Positions 14,161-28,708 of a DNA stretch of 64,000 bases are shown here, in pieces. Origin of the DNA: Perkinsus chesapeaki ATCC PRA-425 (Eukaryota; Protista; Perkinsozoa); the NCBI GenBank assembly GCA_013115145.1, contig JAAPAO010000141.1, positions 1-64,000 on the forward strand, given 5' to 3'. The notes under the pieces were generated by a model. That model did no database searches, had not been told where the DNA came from, and saw nothing but the letters and a program-made list of their open reading frames with translations. Every line of letters starts with the position of its first letter. Position 1 is the stretch's first letter. The position numbers and the translations under genes are program-made.

Positions 14161-14258
14161 GAGCTAACATGAGACCTTGAAGTTGTCTGAGGTGATACTG
14201 CTGCTTTAGTTGTCGCATGGTTGTTGGGGGCTCTTCTACTCGAAGGTATTTTTTGAAC

Positions 14259-14760
14259 ATGAAGCTGCTGCTCTTCAACTTTGCATCATTCTTATTCATT
14301 ACTCACGCCATTAGAAGCAAGCCAGACACTGCTTTAAGAGGGAAGTATGTTACCACTATTGACGTGCACCATTACCCCAAAAGACATATTACGGAACCCC
14401 TCGAAGCGAAGGAGCCCAGGAGAAAACGCGTTACGTGGGCTGATCAAGAAATGGGCATCGAATTCCCTCACTATGAACGCATGGGTACGTCTTCGTGGGG
14501 CTGCTGAGATGATGAAGGTCCGAAAGTTTATTTCTAAAAATTGTTCACACCGATTCGGTGTGTAATATATCATATCAGTCCTCCCAACTTTGTCTATCCG
14601 ACAGTCATTCAGTTTTTGGTGAGAATTCTTCTCAACTCAGCCCCAGAAGGTACTGAAGAAGCAAAGCCTGTGCTACCCTACTTGTAGATGTAATCCGTCT
14701 CTACTAACCGTTGCTCTTTGGGAGTATGTAAGGGTCACATCTCGGCAATAAAGTGCACAT
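14259..14760 (+). CDS. Small secreted protein with PP1-docking RVxF/W motif (RKRVTWAD)
   Basis: MKLLLFNFASFLFITHA signal; RKRVTWAD at 14421-14444 is in frame with or without the 39-nt intron 14345..14383. 3' end approximate. Confidence 0.55.
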
Positions 14761-14930
14761 TTGTCCTCTTCAGGGATACTAGAAGGCCTCCAGTGAAGGC
14801 AGATATATGAATTTATTGTGATGTTGCCTGTGATTGACCCGCGTATTGAGTTGTTAATTCGCTCAAGTGCAGTTGGATAATTAACAATCATAGTGCAGTT
14901 GAATAATTATAGTCAGCTCACATATAAGCC

Positions 14931-15540
14931 ATGAAACTCGTGTACTTCTCGTCTTCCCTCCTTATCGCTAGTAAACCTTTTTCAAGCGTAGCTATCGAGT
15001 TAAGCGCCGTTAAGAAGGAGAAAGTATCGCAAAGGAGCTGGCAACAGAGAACTGAAGACAGAGAAATCCTCGAACAAGCTAAACCCATCATATTTCCTGG
15101 TGAGGAGAAACAGTCGGAGGGTAGGACCCCACCGGGAGCAGTGAAAAAAAGAGCTCGCTTTGCTGATGAAGTCGGCGGAAAGGTATCGGAGACTTACCAA
15201 GGGACAAAAAAACCGAAGGACCAGAGACCGAAGGGGACCAAGAAAGTGCAGATTGGAGCAGTAACGCGGCGAATTATGTCATACAAATGATTGCCCGCTT
15301 TTTACCGTCAGCCCACCGCAGTGAAAAAGACACACTTCTCTACGGTTGCTTTGCCAGAAGATAAGTTGGTGGAGCTACTAGGATACCATAAAATCGATGA
15401 TCCCTCATTGGCTTCGAAGGTGAACTTACCCTCAATGTATTGATGATATTTCGTAATTTCAGTACACTTTTCAAGTCGAAGAAAAGATATCAGCAGACGG
15501 CGATAAGTACTGTGAAGTTGGCCCTGATGATGGGTCTGGA
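14931..15540 (+). CDS. Small secreted basic protein with RVxF-like motifs
   Basis: MKLVYFSSSLLIASKPFSSVA signal-like N-terminus; KKRARFADEVGG at 15144, KKVQI, and downstream KKTHFS. Exon structure and 3' end approximate. Confidence 0.5.
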
Positions 15541-16739
15541 TATTTCATATCACTCCTTTTGAAGGGCAAAGGGGAACCTATAGGAACTAAAGAAGTTATT
15601 TGTCGAGGCGGCTCTCATGTGAAGTAAGTATCCCTCTCTCTTTTGCTTGAGTAAGCTCGAGGCTCTAGGACAGTTGAATCGGGTGTATTGCGGTGCCTGC
15701 CAGTGATCGGGGTGGAATGAGCTGATAAGATGTTGAATCAGATAAGCAGTTGGTGTATATACATTATACACCTCCCGCATAGTTCTAGCATAGCTCACGG
15801 ACATATGTGCTGCGTGTGAGTTGAAGTCTCTTCTTCGTTAATGACGATTATACAAAGTCTAATTAGTTCAGCTCCTCGGCTGCCCTAAACTCTATATAGG
15901 TCGACCCTACCTGGAAAAGCGAACCCCGTCATAAATCTATTTTTCTCAGAGGAAATGGTGAGGATGTTCTCCATGAAGATTCACAGACTGGACTTATTAA
16001 AGTTTTTAAGGATCCTCTCGCACAGGATCGTTTTAAGGATGTTAACCAATACGGCAAGTGCACTCTGACGGTTGACGCGCTCTCACAGAAAATTGTTGAC
16101 ATTGAAGACGTTGGGTCTCGTGGTTCCTATTATGCCCTCGACAAGGCCCTCTGTAATTTATACGCTGAAGCTGCTAAGAACGCCACGTCTGTACGACAAG
16201 AGACTCGAGTTTAGTGAAAAGTGTGGATGGTATTGTGATGATGATGATATAAATGATGTCATGCTGTGGTGTGCTGTCGTCAATCGTATCTTGTGTTTAC
16301 CAAATAGAAACAGATACAGTACGGGCAAGCTAGAGACCCAATTTCGTGTGGAGAGTTCAACTTCTAAACTACTGCTCGTATCAACCTGAAATTTGGCATG
16401 GGAACTCTCCTAACACGGATACATCGTTAAAATACTCCACGGACTTGGTTTTCGAAGGAAAAATTTTTGGTACTTTTCTGCACCTCTTTTTTATCTGCGT
16501 ATAAAATAGCTAAAGCATAGCGCAAGCCCGCCGACTCGCTCGGTGTCACTAAGCTGTCGTATCTTGTTTGCGTCCCTCCGATGCTTCTTGGTTCGATAAC
16601 CTTCTTGGCGATAGTATTGCAACAGATCACTGCGTCGCTACTGGCCAGCCGGAGGAGGAGGAGGAGCGGAAAATATTCAGTGAGAAAGGTGAGCCATTGC
16701 CGACGGCTCAGTGATACGCTTGTAACTAAGCTTTCAAGG

Positions 16740-17970
16740 CTCGACTGCCCTCGCAGATCAAAGAGGAGCGTCCGACGAAGATGATGAATGGGACAGAGGA
16801 TAATGTTGAACTGCTTAGAATGGCAAGACGTGATGGAATTACGACAATGTTGGTACCGGATATGCCTATTGAAAGGGCGAAAGTCCGAGCTCTGGTAGGC
16901 CGAAAGTTGGAATAAATCGATACCGTCTTTGCTATTTCCAAATTCTTGGATGACCATTGATTATTAATGTAAGTGAATTATCATTTCAGGAGTCCAGTGT
17001 AACCGAAGATAGTGGAATATCATCCCCTACCCTGTGCCAATGGAACGATAAGTTAGCATTATATGACTTGATAAAAACACCAGTATTTGGGGGCTTTCCG
17101 AAACCATTAGTCCTAACCGCGAAGGAAATGGATCGTCGTGTAAAGGAAATGGCAGAAATGTTCAAGGTGGTTGAAGCTCACGCCGAAGATGATAATCATA
17201 TGAGTGAAGTAGAAGAGAAGACCCCGTCACTTCTTTCACTGGATATTTTTAATGCTTCTATTGGAGATGCTGAAGTAACTCTCAATTATTTTGAACCAGA
17301 GGACTTTCCAGATGGCATTGCGCCTCTCGGGAAAAGACCACATGAGAGATACCTGAACCTAGCACTTTTCCTGGTGGACGAACAAGAGAGAGATGAACAG
17401 CAAGATAAGTTCTTATCAAAGCCGTTAGAAAATGCTATGACGAGAAGTGCTAGGAAGTGGGCAGGAAAGGGGATCATTGAGATTATGGATAGATTGAAGC
17501 CCACACTGGTGTCGTGGGGCTTGACGGAGCCGTACGTGTCTTTTGGGCAGATTAATAATGATATCGTTATCGCACTCAAGAAAAACCGCAAAGAAAAAGC
17601 TTGTGAGGGGATTATTCTTGGTAACGTAAAGGTGAACCCATACCTACACTTACTGATCGACAGAGCAAACCTCGGTGAATGGCCGCTATTTTACAGTCCG
17701 GCGGACTACTTGGCTTTTGCCGAACGCCGCAAGGATAGTGAATTGATGACCTATGATGAAGTCAAAGACGAAATTGACAGATCGGGCAGGATCAAATTAT
17801 CTACTGGTGAACAAAGGAACCTACACATTATAGACCAAGTGCTAGGTGTTATGTTTACAACACCAACCATAAAGGACACACCGAAGAAGGACACACTATC
17901 CCACCGATGGGTCGAGGCTGTGAGAAGCTCCCTTCGGCGGCAGACTTATGATTTTCACCGTGATGATTAA
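16740..17970 (+). CDS. Hypothetical protein with an unusually long (~1 kb) terminal exon; 5' exons probably start near 15950
   Basis: Open frame 16957..17970 (337 aa), probably entered via the acceptor at 16989; upstream exon AFKARLPSQIKEERPTKMMNG...KVRAL. No family recognised. Confidence 0.6.
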
Positions 17971-18172
17971 TGATGTGACTGCAGATGTTGATGTCATACA
18001 GAATGTTTTGTGTTACCAAAGTGCGCAATATGGGAGAAAATATTAGCAACCAGTTGTTGGGGATTCGAGCTGCTAATCCCTCTCGAGGATCGTGAGGCGG
18101 ACAGTCTCCGGTGTAGGTCGAGACGCTCAGCCGTACGTGGATAATGTGTCTGTCGGCCGCGGATTCATCAAA

Positions 18173-18245
18173 TGAGCCTCGCTGGGAATCGAACCTCGAA
18201 GTTCAGATGTGAAGATGGACACTTTACCTACTGAGCTAAACCTCG
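18173..18245 (-). pseudogene. Full-length (73 nt) tRNA-like pseudogene with A- and B-boxes but broken stems
   Basis: Reverse complement CGAGGTTTAGCTCAGTAGGTAAAGTGTCCATCTTCACATCTGAACTTCGAGGTTCGATTCCCAGCGAGGCTCA. A-box TAGCTCAGTAGGTA and B-box GGTTCGATTCC are at canonical spacing; acceptor, anticodon and T stems do not pair. Confidence 0.6.
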
Positions 18246-18384
18246 ACGGATTCATTACCGAAAGTTGGTAGATAATCGATTATTCTGGCGCGCGCTTCCA
18301 AAGTACGCGTTGGTGAGTGCTGCAGACTCGGCGACCTTATTGTCTCAGCCTATCTTTTATCCCTCTTTGGAGGGTCTTTTTATA

Positions 18385-20975
18385 ATGATACTATCTATTA
18401 ATGATGAAGCAATTGATTCTCCAATAGCTATTAGGACTACTTCAGAGGGAACTGCCATAGTCTTCCAGGTTACATTATTAACACACATTCTATATAGGAG
18501 TATCTTTCTTCAGATTTCAAGCTTGTTAACCTGGCTTCTCAGAATCCTAATACCAATAGTCGTCACTGCTTTATATCTTAAGGTAAAGTTCATCTCATCG
18601 GAGCCTCTCGAATACATTAAATTAGTTCACGAACCACGGAAGAGTCGATGATCGCCGCCGCCGTGATGTGCCGCAAGGAGACTATTTAAACGTTACTACA
18701 GTGAGCCCAGCTCAACCGCGACCATTTGGCAGTCCAACCAGGAGAAAGGTCAGGAGCTGTCTCATTCAGCCAAGTTAACTTAAATTATCAGATTATCCCA
18801 CCTACGGCTTCGTCTCGTTGTAGCTCGAGAGCGTCTCCTGTGACGCGGGGAGTGTATCCAGCAACAAGCAAACCAGCTCGACAGGAGGCCAATCAGAGCT
18901 TGGCGGCTTCTAAGGTAAGGCTTTACGTTACTAATAGAGTGGTAACTCGGTCGGGTAGGATGAACGGCGTAATGACAAAGTACTTGGTAAAGAGGATATG
19001 CTCAAGGGTGTTGGCGAAGGTGGACAGGATGACGCAGGTTCGATCCCGGGTGAGGGCATCTTCAGTTACTAAATGCCCGGTAGAGCTCGAAGGCCTCGGC
19101 ATATCTTCCCAAGCTGAAGTGGCGAGTCGAGACGTGACCTCCAAATCTGATGGTGAGGAATCTTTTCGCACTATGAAGATTCCTTTGAGGTTGGTTTGTC
19201 AGCGTCTGGGTCGACTCCGCCGCCGGGTTTCGAACCTGCAAAGGAAACGCCGGTCGATGGGAACGAAATGAGTAGGGCTGAATCAGGAATAGAAATTAAG
19301 TCCAACTTGTTGAAAGGTTTCACCACGAAAAATGAGAATGCCCGTCGAGCCTTGGAAACCGCGATTGAGCAGTTCCCGACTGAAGTAGGACTTTCGACGA
19401 GACGACTGTTGGTGGATGATGTCGTCTTGACAGGCGGCAAATGTCTGCCAGGAAGTCCTGCAATCCTTGACAATGGAGGGGGTTGTTATTGAGCCACAGA
19501 CGTAGGGCGGAGCGAAGCGTGGCAGGTTTCAACATTTTGTGTCATAACCAGATATGAGGCAATGATTCGCGCGGCTGAGGTATCTGGTGATTCGGAACTC
19601 GCCGGAGTTCTCTTCAATGGTGTTAGTAAGTTAACGTTGGATTTTATAAGGGAAATGTTTACTCTTTCCAGGCATGCTTGTTGGTGGTGACTCTCGGAAG
19701 GGGGATGAGCAGCAGCCCGCCAGGGGGAAGGATGATGAATCTTCGACGATTAAAAGTGATGGGAAGTCTGAAGTAGGCGATGAGTCGCAGGTTCAATCCC
19801 GGGATAGGAGCTTTTTAGGAGGCTGCTGCTGCTTGTCGTGGGCCTGTTGTGGGTTCGCAGTCGCCTCCTGGACTCTCCACTGCAGCAGCTACCCCATTGA
19901 CTTTGGTTCCGCAACAGGAGGGCAAGAACCAAACACCACCACAGATGCAATTGAATGCCAAAGCACCTGAGTTTGTGCCTTCTGGAGGGTATGGAACGGC
20001 CCCGACGACAAGGTTAGTATTTCAGGGATGTGATGGCGCTTCTTTATTATTTCGACTAAATTACATTCTCCTTTTTATTTTTATTATCAACTTCTTGGAG
20101 ATGGTAATTATTAAATCTTCGCCCTCGTACACTTCTCGATCCTCGGAGAAGATCCCTACTACGCTTAGCATTTGTGAACTCTTGACGGTATTCATTAGTT
20201 TCGTGGCGCGCAAGAAATTGGTGGTCCGTGATCAGGTTCCTAGATTCACTGATGGATCATCGTCGTGCTGTGGCAGCTGCAAGATATTATCAGAATCAGT
20301 TTGCGGCGGCTCGATATATGGGAGGGGTAGTCGAGGAGGGCGCGCAGGTTCGATTCCCACTGTCGGTATTTCCAGCTTGCTGCCATGGCCAAAGCTCAAA
20401 TGCAAGCAGTCCAGCTGGCGCAGGCTCAGGGATCTTATATCGGGCGAAACTATCCTAGTGCGCCAGGTAGTGGGGTGCGGGTTTATTGGAGAATAGTTGA
20501 TGATGGTGGTAGTAGGAATGCCTACTATTGAAGGAGATACGTTGGGGGATTGGGCAGCCGCGAGGGCTGAGGAGGAAGCACAGGTAGGCTTCATATCGAA
20601 AAGGCGTGGGTTCGATCCTAGGCAAGGGCGTTTCGTCAGGTGCAAATGCGCGTTAAGAAAATGCTTGAAGAGAAGAATGAGAGAAGTCAGAAAGATCCTT
20701 CTATGAAGGGTAGGACGCCGGGGTGATGGATCGAACCTGGGTGGATGGATCCCTGCGGTGTTCAGTTATTGCTGATTCCTCCAGGGTCGGTGGAGATAAG
20801 ATGAATAATAAGGACGTTAAATGTAGGGTGGATGCGTTGGTTAGTTGAGGGAAATTTGGTAGTATTAGGCAGCAAGAATACTACGGATGGTTCTGAAAGG
20901 ATACCAGTGAAGATTTCAGTTGATGAGCTTAAACAAGCTGATGCACAGAGAAGGAAAGAGCTGCTTGGAATATAG
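18385..20975 (+). CDS. Hypothetical protein with PAM2 (PABP-binding) motif, a PPR-like helix and a possible N-terminal TM segment
   Basis: Spliced exons keep an open frame. LNAKAPEFVPS (~19960-19990) matches PAM2; YEAMIRAAEVSGDSELAGVLF is PPR-like; LLTWLLRILIPIVVTALYL is hydrophobic. Start codon uncertain. Confidence 0.55.
19020..19065 (+). other. Intron (46 nt) carrying a tRNA 3'-end/B-box element, sense
   Basis: gt...GCAGG TTCGATC CCGGG TGAGGGC A TCTT cag; splicing restores the frame GVGE|VTKCP. Confidence 0.8.
19773..19818 (+). other. Intron (46 nt) carrying a tRNA 3'-end/B-box element, sense
   Basis: gt...GCAGG TTCAATC CCGGG ATAGGAG C TTTTT ag; splicing restores KSE|EAAAAC. Confidence 0.8.
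20327..20375 (+). other. Intron (49 nt) carrying a tRNA 3'-end/B-box element, sense
   Basis: gt...GCAGG TTCGATT CCCAC TGTCGGT A TTT ccag; splicing restores YMGG|LAAMAK. Confidence 0.8.
20584..20639 (+). other. Intron (56 nt) carrying a tRNA-Leu-like 3'-end/B-box element, sense
   Basis: gt...AGGC GTGGG TTCGATC CTAGG CAAGGGC G TTT cgtcag; splicing restores EEAQ|VQMRVK. Confidence 0.75.
20710..20765 (-). other. Intron (56 nt) carrying a B-box element, antisense
   Basis: Forward ggatcgaacctggg = reverse complement CCCAGG TTCGATC CATCACCCCGGCG. Confidence 0.65.
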
Positions 20976-21157
20976 ACCGTAGTAAAGCGGGGATGGCGGA
21001 GCGAAGCGATTCATGTTTGGCATTTTTCAGATTTTGAATGATGTTTATGATTACTGAAAAACCTTGATAAAGTTCCTGTGAATTGCCAGCTGTTATAAAA
21101 AAGAAAGTAAAAAAAGATGAGAAGAGAAGAGTTGTGTCTTCGAATATCTTTCATTAT

Positions 21158-21171
21158 TGCACGCGTGCGCA
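21158..21171 (+). promoter_or_regulatory. Candidate promoter element (reverse complement TGCGCACGCGTGCA) upstream of the Maf gene
   Basis: tgcacgcgtgcgca lies ~190 nt upstream of the ATG at 21357. Confidence 0.45.
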
Positions 21172-21356
21172 AATTCTTGCGAGTGCGCATTGTGTGTGAT
21201 GGATGAAGATATGTTGCGGACGGCGCTGTATGAATTGGGTAAATGTTAATATAGCCATCTCTCTAACAAGAGCATGAGCTAATGACGTGTCTAAGAATTC
21301 ATATCATTGTTGAGTTTTAAAGTTATGTTATAATTGTTGGGTTGCATTTAGTCAAT

Positions 21357-23025
21357 ATGAAATTGCCCTTGCCAGAAGCCTCAGTGAGGCTGCAGGAGTT
21401 GCTGTGGACGAATGATGTTGTTTTGGGTAATATTGGATGGGGAGGGGATCGAACCAGGGACCTTTGGATGACAAATCAGAATCTGAGAGATTGCGAGATT
21501 TTAAATAGGTGGGAAAATTTTACTTCAATTGACTCTGTTGAATTTGATATTGGTTTCTTTATTGCAGGGAGTCGGTCGTTGGGGCGGAGAAAGGTTCTTG
21601 ATGGCTGCGGGTGCCGGTACATCGCCACGATGGATCCAGCGATAGATGAGAAGGCGATACGAGGGACTACGGCAGAAGTGAGGCAGATACGGCAGCGTGT
21701 TAGGAGTAGAATATGGAATTATATTTATTATTTACTGTGCTATATTTTTGTGAAATCTGTCCTTTCGTGAAATGCACGCACAGTAAAATTTAATGTTTTT
21801 AAAAGGAGATGAGCACATACCCGATATCGATGATATTAGTTATAATATATTAATAATTATTGTTGATTGATGAGCACTAGGTTGGAGTTCAGGAGACGTG
21901 TCTGGCAGTGGCTAGAGGAAAAGCAGATGAGTTGGAGAGACGGTTGAAGGGGAAGGATGTGTTGTTGCTGTGTGCGGATCAGGTGGGTCTGGCTGAGGTG
22001 CCGGGTTCGATTCCTGGTATGAGCAGGTAGCGGTTTGTGATGGAGAGATGAGAGAGAAACCGGAAAGTGCGGACGAGGCCAAACGGTAGAGGTTCTGGCT
22101 ATTGGAGGGAAAAGTTCTTTGGAATTTTGCTTGAGTTGTTTATTCCGGAAAAGGAGATGTATCACTAATAGTTGTAGGGTTGTGGATGATGTGTAGAAAT
22201 CTCTACAGGGACTTGGAGATGTTGGTATGTTTTCATCACTGTCATCGGTCAAGTCTGATTGGTAAATATCTTTGATAGGTTTATTAAAGACTACTCTGCT
22301 GGTAAAGAAGTTGTAACTTATACAGCATTGGTGTTGATTGACTGTAAGGATGGTCGAAGTGTGGAGGGGGTACATAAGGCAGCTACTTGGTACTGATGGT
22401 TGGGTAACCTGATATAAAGGTTCATTTCCAACACTGATTTACTATTGTTATATAGGGAGATAATATTTATACTCATCCCTTGTAGTGGAGGTTTAGTGCG
22501 GGGAATTGGTTGGCAAACATTCCTCGAAGTGCAATTAATTTGTTATTTGTGGATTATGGAGAATGCCCCTCCTGCCTCCCTCCTTAATTTGTTGAATGCC
22601 CCTCCCTCCTGCGGAGTTTGCTTTTTAATAGCATCCTTCGGTGTGCTTTTAATCATGATAACCAGTCGACTCTGTGTAGATAGACTTTCCAATCACTTGA
22701 CTATTTTCATCGAAACATTATATCGCAGTAGTCCAGCAGGATATAGCCCTCCGCTCTGAAGCGTAGCAGCCCAACCTTCGCAGGTTCGATCCTATCCCGG
22801 AGGATATAATAAATAATATTATCGCCAACAGCAATTGTTTAGTGTATCGATGTGCAGGTAGTTTCTGCATAGACGATGTCATGGGCCCGGTAGGTTACAA
22901 TAAATCTTGCAATCTTTGCGAATCTTGCATTTCCTCAGTTTGTCAAAAGTATCGAAGGCGGCAGTGACAGTGTAATGGGGTTACCTTTGGGGCTTCTCCA
23001 GGAGCTATTAGAGAAGATTCGATAG
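21357..23025 (+). CDS. Maf-like nucleoside triphosphate pyrophosphatase (Maf/YceF, m7GTP/dTTP type)
   Basis: Spliced: NDVVL|GSRSLGRRKVLDGCGCRYIATMDPAIDEKAIR ... CLAVARGKAD ... LLLCADQ|VAVCDGEMREKPESADEAKR ... CAGSFCIDDVMGP|FVKSIEGGSDSVMGLP...KIR*. All Maf motifs present. Confidence 0.9.
21427..21567 (-). other. Maf intron (141 nt) carrying a tRNA-Phe-like 3' half, antisense
   Basis: Reverse complement ...CCAAAGGTC CCTGG TTCGATC CCCTC CCCATCC A next to the donor; splicing creates the conserved LGSRS. Confidence 0.85.
21983..22026 (+). other. Maf intron (44 nt) carrying a tRNA 3'-end/B-box element, sense
   Basis: gt...GAGGTG CCGGG TTCGATT CCTGG TATGAGC Ag; splicing creates the conserved ADQ|VAVCDG..REKP. 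Confidence 0.88.
22763..22831 (+). other. Maf intron (69 nt) carrying a B-box element, sense
   Basis: gt...TTC GCAGG TTCGAT CCTAT CCCGGAGG A; splicing restores SEA|NCLVYRCAG. Confidence 0.7.
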
Positions 23026-23053
23026 GAGAAGCTCATACCGGCATTTTCTCATT

Positions 23054-23067
23054 TGCACGCATGCGCA
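23054..23067 (+). promoter_or_regulatory. Candidate promoter element (reverse complement TGCGCATGCGTGCA) upstream of PAP
   Basis: tgcacgcatgcgca lies ~235 nt upstream of the PAP ATG. Confidence 0.45.
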
Positions 23068-23120
23068 AACCCGATATGATGTTTCTGTTGTGCAGCCAGA
23101 GTCGAGTTTAGTTTATCGTG

Positions 23121-23152
23121 GTTACCGGGTTCGATTCCCAGGTGGGGCACCA
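23121..23152 (+). other. tRNA 3'-end element ending in CCA, upstream of the PAP ATG
   Basis: GTTA CCGGG TTCGATT CCCAG GTGGGGCA CCA. Confidence 0.65.
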
Positions 23153-23299
23153 ATTAAGAATGCCTCCGGATTAGGGCAGATTATCTATGCGGTTATTGAA
23201 GGGACTATTGAATACGTGAACTACCGGAGATGGAATAATGCTGAGTTATTAATATTTCCATCATTACACTTCTCCTTAGGTTTCCCTCTGCCTTCTTTA

Positions 23300-28553
<5,254 letters not shown>

Positions 28554-28708
28554 AATCTTATCAACCTACGAGTGTTGCGCTGAAGCTAACCTAATTAGTA
28601 TCCTTGGAGTGAAATCGATCAGATGATCGATATGTGCTTTGTAGTTGTTATTGTGTTTTTGTCTCTATGTCTTATAGAGTGTGAGTTTGCGTGCTGCTGA
28701 ATATTATT

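Noticed and set aside
19219-19240. Antisense B-box-like GCAGGTTCGAAACCCGGCGGC
   Set aside because: Falls in an exon encoding the common PPPGFEP peptide, so it is not counted as an intronic element, although its position inside the domain makes it ambiguous.
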